Below, piece by piece: positions 1-9,734 of a stretch of 28,226 bases of DNA. The translations under genes and the position numbers were made by a program. This stretch comes from Candidatus Woesearchaeota archaeon. Its GTDB lineage: Archaea; Nanobdellota; Nanobdellia; Pacearchaeales; GW2011-AR1. Every line of letters starts with the position of its first letter. Position 1 is the first letter of the stretch. The stretch covers positions 1-28,226 of the forward strand of contig CAZQAV010000001.1 of the NCBI GenBank assembly GCA_964591395.1, in the 5' to 3' direction. The notes beneath the pieces are model-generated. The model was not told where the DNA came from, made no database searches, and saw nothing but the letters and a program-made list of their open reading frames with translations.

Positions 1-57
1 ATTGTATTTATTGCAGGTATTGCAGGAGCAATTGCATTAGTAATTAAAGGAAAATAA
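1..57 (+). CDS. 3' end of an upstream gene, probably a membrane protein (partial)
   Basis: Frame 1 reads IVFIAGIAGAIALVIKGK* with TAA at 55-57. The hydrophobic C-terminus resembles the last TM segment of the next ORF. Confidence 0.55.
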   Translation: MVFIAGIAGAIALVIKGK

Positions 58-107
58 AAAAGAGATAAAAAATGAAATTAAAAGAAGGAGATCCGGGGTT
101 TTAATAA

Positions 108-728
108 ATGTTAAATGAAATATTATCATTAGCAAGCTATGGGTATTTTGATGGTTCTGGTCTGGGCCAAATGTTAGCTCAGTGGCAACAAGCAGGAGTA
201 TTTAGTTATATGATTCCATTTTTACTTATATTTGCATTGGTTTTTGGCATTTTATCAAAAATGAATCTTTTTGGAAGTAAAAAAGACCTTGCTGGAACAG
301 GGACAGAGAATAGATCTATTAATGCTATAATTGCTTTAGCTGTTGCATTTATGTCTCTTCAATTTGATTTTGTGTCTGTTTTCTTTTCAGAAGTATTTCC
401 TAGGATGGGGGTTGCATTAGGTATTATACTTGTGATTTTAGTTGTAGGAGGATTATTTATTGACCCTAAAAATAAAGGTTTTATGATTGGATTAATGGTT
501 ATTGCAATGTTAATTGCAGGTGGTGTTATAATTTATGCTGTTCAAGCATTAGGATGGGGAACTAATTTCTTTTATGGTTCATGGTGGATGATGAATAATT
601 CATGGGTAGTGCCCACAATTATTTTAATAATATTCATAGTCGTAATTGTAATTGGTGCAAAGCCGAAGTCAACAGAGAATGCTGTTGGAAATTTAGTAGC
701 TCAAGCTCTTGGTGTAGAGGGGAAGTAA
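108..728 (+). CDS. Hypothetical multi-pass membrane protein
   Basis: 206 aa with about 5 hydrophobic segments and no recognisable catalytic motif. Confidence 0.85.
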   Translation: MLNEILSLASYGYFDGSGLGQMLAQWQQAGVFSYMIPFLLIFALVFGILSKMNLFGSKKDLAGTGTENRSINAIIALAVAFMSLQFDFVSVFFSEVFPRMGVALGIILVILVVGGLFIDPKNKGFMIGLMVIAMLIAGGVIIYAVQALGWGTNFFYGSWWMMNNSWVVPTIILIIFIVVIVIGAKPKSTENAVGNLVAQALGVEGK

Positions 729-758
729 TTTTATTTTTTTAGAAATCTTTGATTTAAT

Positions 759-1538
759 TTATCTACTTAATTTTCTTTTAACAACTTTTTTCTTGGGTGC
801 TAGTTTTGGTTTAGAAACAGGTTTATGTTTTGCATGTTTTTGAGCTAATGAAGGAGACATTTTTCCAAAACTATCTTGCATCATAGACATTTCTTTTTTT
901 ATACCTTGAAGAGTATTTCCATATGAGCCTACTTTTTGAAGAATTGCCATTTGTAATTTATCTATAACTTGTTCAACTCTTTTTATTCTTTCATCTATTT
1001 GTTTTAATTTAACTTCTGATAATGCTTTTGTTTCAGTGATTTTTCTAATTTCTTTTTTCATTTCTTTTGACTTTTCTGAGAACACTTGTTCAGCAACTTC
1101 GATTAAAGTATCTGTACTGCCTACAGCCCCACCTGTATCATATCCCCCATATTCTTCTGAATATTCTCCTTGGTCATAAGGTTGGTCTTGGTAATATTCT
1201 TCTTGACCTGGTGGAGAATCATATTGAGCCTGCTGAGCTGGAACTTGTGCTGGTTGTTGATATTCTTGTTCAGCAGGTGCTTGTTGAGTAGGAGCTTGGG
1301 AATATTGTCCTGCTTCCTGTGCTTTTGGGGCTTGTGAAAATTCTTTTCCGCTTGTCATTGGTTGTAATTCGTTTTTTGTTGAGTCTTCTGTTTTTGAAAC
1401 AGCTTGTTTAATTTGTGATTGGCTTAATGCATTGTTTATTGCAACAGGGGAAATTCCTTGTTCTTGTAATTTAGAGGTTATATCTGGATCTTGTAAACCT
1501 TGGCCCTTCATCTGATTTACTTGATCTAAAACACCCAC
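759..1538 (-). CDS. Hypothetical cytoplasmic protein with Q/P/Y-rich linker, coiled-coil region and Lys-rich tail
   Basis: 259 aa, GTG start with GAGG-like SD upstream. Low-complexity middle, heptad-like C-terminal half. Confidence 0.8.
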   Translation of the reverse strand: MGVLDQVNQMKGQGLQDPDITSKLQEQGISPVAINNALSQSQIKQAVSKTEDSTKNELQPMTSGKEFSQAPKAQEAGQYSQAPTQQAPAEQEYQQPAQVPAQQAQYDSPPGQEEYYQDQPYDQGEYSEEYGGYDTGGAVGSTDTLIEVAEQVFSEKSKEMKKEIRKITETKALSEVKLKQIDERIKRVEQVIDKLQMAILQKVGSYGNTLQGIKKEMSMMQDSFGKMSPSLAQKHAKHKPVSKPKLAPKKKVVKRKLSR

Positions 1539-1567
1539 TTTTATTTCCTCTTTTATATTATATGTTT

Positions 1568-1918
1568 TTATTTGTTTTTTAACTTTTCTAAATCTTGTTT
1601 AGTAACTAAATTTAAAGGTTGAAACATTTTTGCCTGTTTTGTTAATATATCAAGGTCTTCTTTTCTTGCAAATTTTGAAAACTCACTAGATGCTGTTTCT
1701 AAAAATGAAATTAATCTATCTACATTTTGTTTTATTATTTCTATTTCTTTTTTTATTTCTAACACAGCCTCGTTGTTTTTTTCTCTAACATCTATAAGAT
1801 TTTGTCCAATGAGTAAAAGTCTGTCTTTTAAGATTCTTTGTTTTTCTTCAAGATCTCTTACTTGCATACTTCCATTATCTTGGCCATAGTCTTGGTAGTC
1901 TCCTTGTGGTTCATCCAT
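1568..1918 (-). CDS. Hypothetical coiled-coil protein
   Basis: 116 aa, heptad-like L/I pattern. TATA-like ATTTAAA ends 21 nt upstream of the ATG on the minus strand. Confidence 0.8.
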   Translation of the reverse strand: MDEPQGDYQDYGQDNGSMQVRDLEEKQRILKDRLLLIGQNLIDVREKNNEAVLEIKKEIEIIKQNVDRLISFLETASSEFSKFARKEDLDILTKQAKMFQPLNLVTKQDLEKLKNK

Positions 1919-2003
1919 GAAAAATAAAAGTTAGAAAGCTTTAAATTTGTTTGGTTTAATTTAGTATACAAAATATTTTAAAGTATTTTTCCTTTTTTTG
2001 TTC

Positions 2004-4292
2004 ATGAAATTTAAAGAGGGATCTCCATTATACACTCATGAAGTGCAAAGAGAGGGGGGGGAAGATGTATTATATATTAATTACCTTGGTGCATCTTATG
2101 TTCCCAGCCTAGCTGATTCTCCAGAAGTAATGGAAAGAACAGTTGATGCTTTAATTGAAAATCCAAATGTTTCAAGGATAGTATATGTGCAACAAAAAAA
2201 TTATAATTATGATTTTAAAGAAACTGTAAAAATGTTGGAAATAGCTCAATTATATGTTTATTTTGTTAAACAGGAAAAAGCATTATCCCAAGAAAAACTT
2301 ATTACAACAGATCAAAGTCTTTTTACACAAAGATATAATGAAATTTTTTCATTTTTGTTGTCTTTAAAGCAAGACCCTATTGCAGCATATAGCGAGCTTA
2401 AAAAATTAATTATAGAAGGAAAAATTAAACTTGAGAAAGTTTCTGAGAGTATTGGAACAGATCAAAAAAATTATAATTTATTTTTAGAAAAATTAATGAA
2501 ACTATTAGAAGAAACTAAATTAATTCATTCTGCAAGAAGATATATGGAAGGATATCAAAGAGGAAATAGGGAATTATATCATAGAATTTTCAAACCAGAT
2601 ATTATACCTAATTTCACATTTACACGTCTTGTTTCTGATTTGCCTGAAGAAGCTGAAATAATTAATCAATATAAAATTTCAAATGGAGAATATGATGAAT
2701 CTTATATAACAATATTAAGGGAGAAAGATGAACCAAAATATACTTACCATGTTGTTCCTCCAGAGCATACTTTAAAAGAAGATCATAATATGCTTTTGAA
2801 TTTAGCAAGAGGTGTTTTAATTGAGCACCAACCTAAGGCTGAAGAATTTACAGATACTGAAAGAACAAGACATGTTTTCTTTAATATTTCAAAAGATCTT
2901 TTACAGGATTTAGCAAAGACAAAAGGAGTTCCATTGAGCTATTCTGATTTGAATAAATTAGCAACAATATTAGTGAGACATACTATTGGTTTTGGATTGA
3001 TAGAAGTTTTGTTGCAAGATCCACATTTGCAAGATATATCTTTAAATGCACCTATACCAAGAACACCTGTTTTTGCAAGACATCAAGATTATGATGAATG
3101 TATAACAAATATATTACCAAGTCAAGAAGATGTTGATTCATGGGCAGCTAAATTTAGAATGATTTCGGGTAGACCTTTAGATGAATCTAATCCTATTTTA
3201 GATACTCAGTTAGAGATAGGGAGATTGAGAGCAAGAATAGCTATTATACAAAGCCCTTTATCTCCTGATGGATTAGCATATTCAATAAGAAGACATAGAG
3301 AAGATCCATGGACATTACCTTTGTTTGTTCAAAATGGAATGATTAGTCCTTTAGGTGCAGGTTTGCTTAGTTTTTTAATAGATGGTTCAAGAACAATATT
3401 AGTTGCAGGGACGAGAAGTAGTGGTAAAACATCTCTTCTTGGAAGTTTATTATTAGAGATAATCCCTAAATTTAGAATTATAACTGTTGAAGATTCATTA
3501 GAACTTCCTGTTGAGTCATTAAGAAAATTAGGTTATGATCTTGTTAGAATGAAAGTTAGAGCTGCTTTATTAAAAACAACAGCTGAAGTTTCTGCTGAAG
3601 ATGGGATAAGAACAAGTTTAAGATTAGGAGATAGTTGTTTAATTGTTGGTGAAGTTAGAAGTGCAGAGGCAAAAGCACTTTATGAGGCTATGAGGGTTGG
3701 GGCATTAGCAAATGTTGTAGCAGGGACAATACATGGTGCTTCTCCTTATGGTGTTTTTGATAGGGTTGTAAATGATTTAGGTGTTCCCACAACAAGTTTC
3801 AAAGCAACAGATATTATTGTAGTATGTAATCCAATTAAAACACCTGATGGTTTACATTCATGGAGAAGAGTTGTGAGAATTTCTGAGATAAGAAAACATT
3901 GGGTTAAAGATCCTCTTCTTGAAAAAGGGTTTGTTGATTTAATGAAATATAATGTTGAAAAAGATGAATTAGAAGCTACAGAGGATTTGATAAATGGAGA
4001 TAGTGAAATAATTAAAGGGATTGCTTCAAATATAAAAGGTTGGGCAGGTAATTGGGATGCTGTATATGATAATATATTATTAAGAGCTAAATTAAAAGAA
4101 GAAATAATCCATGTTGCTGAACAAGAAAAAGATCCAGATATATTAGAAGCTAAATTTAATACTTTATCAAATCATGCTTTCCATAGAATTTCAGATGAAG
4201 TTATACAAGAACATGGTTTACCTTTAAGTGAGCATGTTTTTCCTCTTTGGAAAAAATGGTTAACAGAAGAAATCAGGAAGAGGAAGATTTGA
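2004..4292 (+). CDS. Type II/IV secretion / type IV pilus assembly ATPase (VirB11/TadA/FlaI family)
   Basis: Walker A GTRSSGKTS, TVEDSLEL Asp box, Walker B LIVGEVR, His-box GTIHG. ATG 2004 is preferred over TTG 1998 because of TATA spacing. Confidence 0.93.
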   Translation: MKFKEGSPLYTHEVQREGGEDVLYINYLGASYVPSLADSPEVMERTVDALIENPNVSRIVYVQQKNYNYDFKETVKMLEIAQLYVYFVKQEKALSQEKLITTDQSLFTQRYNEIFSFLLSLKQDPIAAYSELKKLIIEGKIKLEKVSESIGTDQKNYNLFLEKLMKLLEETKLIHSARRYMEGYQRGNRELYHRIFKPDIIPNFTFTRLVSDLPEEAEIINQYKISNGEYDESYITILREKDEPKYTYHVVPPEHTLKEDHNMLLNLARGVLIEHQPKAEEFTDTERTRHVFFNISKDLLQDLAKTKGVPLSYSDLNKLATILVRHTIGFGLIEVLLQDPHLQDISLNAPIPRTPVFARHQDYDECITNILPSQEDVDSWAAKFRMISGRPLDESNPILDTQLEIGRLRARIAIIQSPLSPDGLAYSIRRHREDPWTLPLFVQNGMISPLGAGLLSFLIDGSRTILVAGTRSSGKTSLLGSLLLEIIPKFRIITVEDSLELPVESLRKLGYDLVRMKVRAALLKTTAEVSAEDGIRTSLRLGDSCLIVGEVRSAEAKALYEAMRVGALANVVAGTIHGASPYGVFDRVVNDLGVPTTSFKATDIIVVCNPIKTPDGLHSWRRVVRISEIRKHWVKDPLLEKGFVDLMKYNVEKDELEATEDLINGDSEIIKGIASNIKGWAGNWDAVYDNILLRAKLKEEIIHVAEQEKDPDILEAKFNTLSNHAFHRISDEVIQEHGLPLSEHVFPLWKKWLTEEIRKRKI

Positions 4293-4311
4293 AATTAATT
4301 TGAAAAAACAT

Positions 4312-4325
4312 AAATATTTTTAAAT
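4312..4325 (+). promoter_or_regulatory. Archaeal BRE/TATA-like promoter of the S8 protease gene
   Basis: AAATATTTTTAAAT; TTTTTAAA ends 21 nt before ATG 4346, and the same motif and spacing occur at 12371 and 14564. Confidence 0.65.
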
Positions 4326-4345
4326 GAATTTAACATTTGATTTTT

Positions 4346-7300
4346 ATGAAGAAAGGGGTTGCTATCGCATTTGTTTGTTTGAGTATATTTCTATTAATAT
4401 CTATGCCTTTGGTTTCTGCAGGTTGGTTTGATGATTTTTGGGCAAAGATAACTGGACAAGCTGTTGCCCATACTTGTAATGATCAAGGAAATAATTTAAT
4501 GATTAAAGAAAGATGTATAAATCCCTTATCTGAAGGGGGAATCACCTTGTGGGATAGATGTTCTGGAACAAATGTTCAACAAGCAAGTTGTGTTGCTGGA
4601 GATCTAGAAGATGTTTGTGAATATGCTATTGCTCAATCATGCCCTACAAATTATGAATGTTTTGATGGTGCTTGTGTTGAAGTGATTGCTGTTTGTGGTG
4701 ATGGGATTATTGAAGTTGATGAAGAATGTGATGGAATAAATTTAGGAGAATATACTTCTGATTGTGAAACTTACCCAGGTTATACTGGGGGAACATTAAG
4801 ATGTAGTACAGATTGTTTATTTGATACTCTTAAATGCCGAGGATATAATCCCCCCATAAGTATTTGTTTGGATACAGATGAAATTAATAATCTTAATATA
4901 CAAGGAGAATGTATAAGTAATTCAGGTAATCTAAATGATAGATGTTTTGGAACAAATGTTCAACAAGTAGGTTGTGTTTCTGGAGAAATGGGGGAGATGT
5001 GTGCATATTTAAGCACCCAATCATGTTCTATGGGCTATGCTTGTTTAGAAGGGATTTGTGTGGAACAAGGCGGTGGTGGGGAGGGAACTGGCGTTGTTAA
5101 TGCTTTTATTTCACTTGCAACATTAAAGGATGTTTATTTTATTGGAAGTCAAATAAATTTAACAGATCCTCCAGATAATAATGTTAGGGGTTTTGAACCT
5201 GGCGAAAAATTAATTTATGAAAATTCTATCACAGAACCAGAAAATAAGGGATATATTATTCAATTTGAAGATAAATCAATTTTAGAAAAAAAATTAGAGT
5301 TAGAAGAAAAAGCCCTTAAAAATGAAGATTCTTTTTTAATTAAGATTCCTGTTATAAGAAATTTGATACTTACTTCTAAAAAAGTTTCAGAGAAAATTGA
5401 AGATCATTCAGATAAATTAAGAAAAAATAAAGAAAAAATTAAAATAAAAATTTCAGATGAAATTTCGGCACATAGAAAAAAATCTTATGTTATTGAAGAA
5501 GAAAAAGAATTTGAAACTGTTTTTAATGGTATTGTTTTAGATATTCCCGAAATAGAAGCAGAAAAAATTAAAAAATTAAAGGGAGTAAAATCTGTTCATC
5601 CAAATAAAAGAGTTGAAGCAACACTTATGAATTCTGTTCCTTTAATAAATGCAACATCTGTTTGGAATGTGCAAGATGATTTTGGAAGGCCTTTAACAGG
5701 GCAAGATATAACCATTGCAATAATGGATACTGGTTTAGATTATTTTCATCCTGATTTGGGTGGTTGTTTTGGGATGGGTTGTAAAGTTATGGGGGGTTAT
5801 GATTTTGTTAATAATGATGAAGACCCAATGGATGATCATGGACATGGGACACATTGTGCTGCAACAGCTGCAGGAAATGGCGTTTTAAAAGGAGTTGCAC
5901 CAAATGCTAGTTTAATTGCATACAAGGTTTTAGATAGTGGTGGGTCTGGTTATTCAAGTACCATTATAAGTGCTATTGAACATTCAATAGACCCTAATCA
6001 AGATGGAAATATTTCAGATAGTTATGATATAATTAGTTTAAGTTTAGGGGGGTGGGGAAATCCAGATGATCCACTTTCTGTTTCAATAGATAATGTTGTT
6101 GATCAAGGTATTGTTGCTGTTATTGCTGCTGGAAATTCTGGTCCAAGTGAAAATACTATTGGAAGTCCAGGAACATCTAGAAAAGCAATAACTGTTGGAG
6201 CTAGTAATAATGAAAATGTGGCATATTTTAGTTCAAGAGGTCCTGTTATTTGGGAAGATCAAGAAAATATTGAGAGATTTTTGATTAAACCAGATGTAGT
6301 TGCCCCAGGAGTTAATATTTGTGCTGCCCAATATAATGGTGCATGGTCAGATAGGCAGTGTTTAGATAATAATCATGTAGCTATTTCAGGGACTTCAATG
6401 GCAACACCACATATTGCCGGAGTTGTAGCTTTAGTAAAGCAAGCCCATCCTAATTGGACTTCTGAAGAAATAAAAATGGCTTTAAGGGGAAGTACTATTG
6501 ATCTTGGGTATAATATTTTTGAGCAAGGATATGGTAGAATAGATGCATTTGATGTTGTTGATTTTAATGGCATTCCTTCTATTGCAAAATTAGAAGGGGG
6601 GGGAATTATTGAAGAAGAGCAAATAGATATAATAGGTACTGCTAAAGGAGTGGATTTTGATAGATATACCCTCTATTATGGGCTTGGAGAAAATCCAGAT
6701 GTATGGACAGAAATTATCACTTCTTATAGCCCTGCAGAAAATAATGTTTTGTATTCTAATTTTGATTCATCTTTATTACATGAAGGAAATAACTTTTTTC
6801 TTTTATCTGTTTGGAATACTAATGGGGAAATAATTGAAGACAGAAGTATTGCTATAATTAATAATATTATAATGCAAAGCCCACAATCTCAAGATATTTA
6901 TAGGTTAGGGTCTGATTTAGAAGTAGTGGGAACAATAAAAGGAAACTTTGATAATTTTTCAGTTAAATATAGAAGTGGTGGTTATGAAGATGAAGACCCA
7001 TGGTTAGATGCAGGAGTTTATCTTACTAATGGGGGACAAGGAGAAGTTATAGAAGATATTATTGCTATTTTAGATACAGGTAATAATATGTATTCAGGAA
7101 TTTATTCTATTGGAATAGAAGTTGCATTTAGCGATGGAATGCAAACATTTGAATATGTAGAAAACATTTATTTTGATGAAACTTTAAAACAAGGGTGGCC
7201 CCAACATATTGATTTTGAAATCTTTGAGGAAATATCTCTAGAGACCACCGCAAAGAGTTATAGTATAATTCCTAATTCTAATATTGGAAATGAGGGCCAA

Positions 7301-9100
7301 AGTATGGCAAGAACAGTTAGTGGTGAAAAAGCTATTGAATCACTTTTTTCAAATTTAGAACATAGGACTTATTGGGCAGGACAATTAGAACCTGTTGTAG
7401 CTGATATTAATAATGATGGATATAAAGAAATAATAATTTACAAAGGAGGAGATCCACCACAGATAATTGTTTATGATTATGATGGAAACGTTTTATGGTC
7501 TGAAGATGTTGGAACTACAGAGGCTTCTGGAGGTAATGTCCATATACCTTTAGTAGGAGATTTAAATAATGATAGTTATTTGGAAATTATTGCTTCGAAT
7601 TTTAAAAATCCATGGATGGCAGATGATTTTGATAATTCAACACTTTATGCGTTTGATTATGAGGGAAATCAACTTTGGTTTAAAGATATACCAAAGGATT
7701 ATCATCCAACAATGGTTCTTGCTGATTTGGATTTAGATGGGTTTAATGAAATTATTGTTAAAGGGAATGATGCCAAAATAGATAAGATGACTATTATTAG
7801 TAATGAAGGAGAAATAATTAATGAATGGTTAATTCCAAATAAAAGGTGGGGAGCATCTATTGAGGGTTCTCCTGCAGTTGGAAATTTTGATGATGATGAT
7901 GATTTAGAGATTGTTTCTGCAAGCCCTGCAGAAGGAGCAGGAGGTATATGGGGGGGAGGAGAATTTCTTGGTTGGAATAATACTGGGGTAATTTATATAT
8001 ATAATATGGATGGCTCTATAGTTGATGGTTGGCCGGTTTATACAGAAGGAGTTATTTTTTCATCCCCAGCAATAGGAGATATTGATAATAATGGGGAAAA
8101 TGACATTGTAGTAGGATTAATGTATGCTTCTGATATTTTTCCGGATTTAAATTATGGGGGAATATATGCTTTTGATAAAAATGGAAATATTTTGCCTGGT
8201 TGGCCTGTTGAACTAGGGTGGGAATTTTGGTCTAGTCCGTCTTTAGGAGATATTGATAATGATGGCGATTTAGAAATAGTTATTAGTAAATTAGGTTTTG
8301 GAACTTATTTATTTCACCATGATGGAAGTTTAGTAAATGGATGGCCACAAAGTACAACATGGAATGATTATTATTCTTCTATAATGGGGGATATTGATAA
8401 TGATGGAAGTATTGATATTCTTACTACTGCAGGAAATGGTTTTTATCCTAGTGTTTTTTATCATGGCGGTGTTTATGCATGGAATTCTTATGGATCTTTA
8501 ATAACAGGTTTTCCAAAGCGTACAGAATTAGATGCTCAAGCTCCAGCTGTTATTGATGATATTGATCAAGATGGCAAACTAGAATTAATTGCAAGTTCTG
8601 ATTTTGATTGGGATGGGTATAATAGTAAACATAGGGGAAGTTTATATGTTTGGGAATTAGATGGAAATTACAATGAAAATTTATTACCTTGGCCGACATT
8701 TCACCGTGATGTTGAACGTAGAGGAGCATATACATTACCTCAAGATGGTTCTTTACCCTTAATAAGACCCCAATCAAAAATTGTGAATAATATGGGACAT
8801 AATTTAACAGGGAATTTGCAGATGATATTACAAAGAGATATTGGAGAAGGGATTTGGGAAAGTGAGATAATTGTTAATAAAGAGGTTACAATACCTGGAA
8901 ATAGTCTTATTAAATTAGATTATGAATGGAATCCACAAAATGTTTATATATATCAAGTAGGAGATTACAAAGTTTATGCTGCTTTGTTTGATTTGGAGGG
9001 AAATATTTACCAAACACCACAGGGTCTTTTAGAAACAAGTTGGGAATTTAGGGTTGGTGGTGTAGCTGATAAAAAAGAAGATCCCTTATCTACAGATTAA
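4346..9100 (+). CDS. Secreted subtilisin-like (S8) serine protease with N-terminal Cys-rich modules and C-terminal FG-GAP/VCBS repeats
   Basis: Signal peptide ending VSA. Catalytic triad motifs IAIMDTG, HGHGTHCAATAAG and SGTSMATPHIAG; oxyanion AAGNSG; I9-like propeptide (FETVFNGIVL...VHPN). Eight (G/A/D)-D-x-D/N-x-D-G-x-x-E/D-I type repeats with GWP motifs. Confidence 0.93.
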   Translation: MKKGVAIAFVCLSIFLLISMPLVSAGWFDDFWAKITGQAVAHTCNDQGNNLMIKERCINPLSEGGITLWDRCSGTNVQQASCVAGDLEDVCEYAIAQSCPTNYECFDGACVEVIAVCGDGIIEVDEECDGINLGEYTSDCETYPGYTGGTLRCSTDCLFDTLKCRGYNPPISICLDTDEINNLNIQGECISNSGNLNDRCFGTNVQQVGCVSGEMGEMCAYLSTQSCSMGYACLEGICVEQGGGGEGTGVVNAFISLATLKDVYFIGSQINLTDPPDNNVRGFEPGEKLIYENSITEPENKGYIIQFEDKSILEKKLELEEKALKNEDSFLIKIPVIRNLILTSKKVSEKIEDHSDKLRKNKEKIKIKISDEISAHRKKSYVIEEEKEFETVFNGIVLDIPEIEAEKIKKLKGVKSVHPNKRVEATLMNSVPLINATSVWNVQDDFGRPLTGQDITIAIMDTGLDYFHPDLGGCFGMGCKVMGGYDFVNNDEDPMDDHGHGTHCAATAAGNGVLKGVAPNASLIAYKVLDSGGSGYSSTIISAIEHSIDPNQDGNISDSYDIISLSLGGWGNPDDPLSVSIDNVVDQGIVAVIAAGNSGPSENTIGSPGTSRKAITVGASNNENVAYFSSRGPVIWEDQENIERFLIKPDVVAPGVNICAAQYNGAWSDRQCLDNNHVAISGTSMATPHIAGVVALVKQAHPNWTSEEIKMALRGSTIDLGYNIFEQGYGRIDAFDVVDFNGIPSIAKLEGGGIIEEEQIDIIGTAKGVDFDRYTLYYGLGENPDVWTEIITSYSPAENNVLYSNFDSSLLHEGNNFFLLSVWNTNGEIIEDRSIAIINNIIMQSPQSQDIYRLGSDLEVVGTIKGNFDNFSVKYRSGGYEDEDPWLDAGVYLTNGGQGEVIEDIIAILDTGNNMYSGIYSIGIEVAFSDGMQTFEYVENIYFDETLKQGWPQHIDFEIFEEISLETTAKSYSIIPNSNIGNEGQSMARTVSGEKAIESLFSNLEHRTYWAGQLEPVVADINNDGYKEIIIYKGGDPPQIIVYDYDGNVLWSEDVGTTEASGGNVHIPLVGDLNNDSYLEIIASNFKNPWMADDFDNSTLYAFDYEGNQLWFKDIPKDYHPTMVLADLDLDGFNEIIVKGNDAKIDKMTIISNEGEIINEWLIPNKRWGASIEGSPAVGNFDDDDDLEIVSASPAEGAGGIWGGGEFLGWNNTGVIYIYNMDGSIVDGWPVYTEGVIFSSPAIGDIDNNGENDIVVGLMYASDIFPDLNYGGIYAFDKNGNILPGWPVELGWEFWSSPSLGDIDNDGDLEIVISKLGFGTYLFHHDGSLVNGWPQSTTWNDYYSSIMGDIDNDGSIDILTTAGNGFYPSVFYHGGVYAWNSYGSLITGFPKRTELDAQAPAVIDDIDQDGKLELIASSDFDWDGYNSKHRGSLYVWELDGNYNENLLPWPTFHRDVERRGAYTLPQDGSLPLIRPQSKIVNNMGHNLTGNLQMILQRDIGEGIWESEIIVNKEVTIPGNSLIKLDYEWNPQNVYIYQVGDYKVYAALFDLEGNIYQTPQGLLETSWEFRVGGVADKKEDPLSTD

Positions 9101-9178
9101 AATTCTTTTCATTAGATTTAAAAAAACATTTTTCCCAAATATTTATTAACCTTCCACGCAAAAAGCTTTATAAAGGAT

Positions 9179-9196
9179 TGTAACATAAATGTTACA
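9179..9196. promoter_or_regulatory. Perfect inverted repeat, putative autoregulatory operator of the MNT-HEPN pair
   Basis: TGTAACAT-AA-ATGTTACA lies between the TATA box TTTATAAA (9167-9174) and the start of a wHTH-containing gene. Confidence 0.65.
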
Positions 9197-9197
9197 T

Positions 9198-9734
9198 ATG
9201 AAACAAAATAGTTACAAGTTGGAAATAGTTGGAGAACTTATTAACAAAAAGGTTCATTTAAGAGCATTATCTAGAAAATTGGAAGTTAATCCAATGACTC
9301 TTTCTAGGAAGATAAAAGAATTAGTGAAGGAAAATGTTTTAGATTTTAAAGAAGAAGGGAAGAATAAAGTTTATTTTTTGAAAAAAACATCTGAAGCTAA
9401 AGCAAATGTTTTCATGGCTGAGCAGTATAAATTAACTCAGCTTTTGAAAAGATATCCTACATTGAGGAGTATTTTTGAAGATGTCCAAAAAAATAAGAAA
9501 ATTAATTTAGCAATTCTCTTTGGTTCTTATGCTAAAGGCATTGCCAAAAAAAATAGCGATATTGATATTTATATAGAAAGTACTAATATAAAATTAAAGA
9601 AAGAAATAGAAGATTTAAATATGAAATTAAATGTCAAAATAGGAAAATATAATAAAAATAATCTTCTTATAAAAGAGATTAAAAAAAATCATGTTATAAT
9701 AAAAGGGGTGGAGAAATTTTATGAAAATTTCTAA
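9198..9734 (+). CDS. wHTH + minimal nucleotidyltransferase (MNT) domain protein, putative antitoxin
   Basis: N-terminal HTH (HLRALSRKLEVNPMTLSRKIKEL) and MNT motif LFGSYAKG...SDIDI. An alternative in-frame ATG is at 9189; 9198 fits TATA spacing better. Confidence 0.88.
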   Translation: MKQNSYKLEIVGELINKKVHLRALSRKLEVNPMTLSRKIKELVKENVLDFKEEGKNKVYFLKKTSEAKANVFMAEQYKLTQLLKRYPTLRSIFEDVQKNKKINLAILFGSYAKGIAKKNSDIDIYIESTNIKLKKEIEDLNMKLNVKIGKYNKNNLLIKEIKKNHVIIKGVEKFYENF

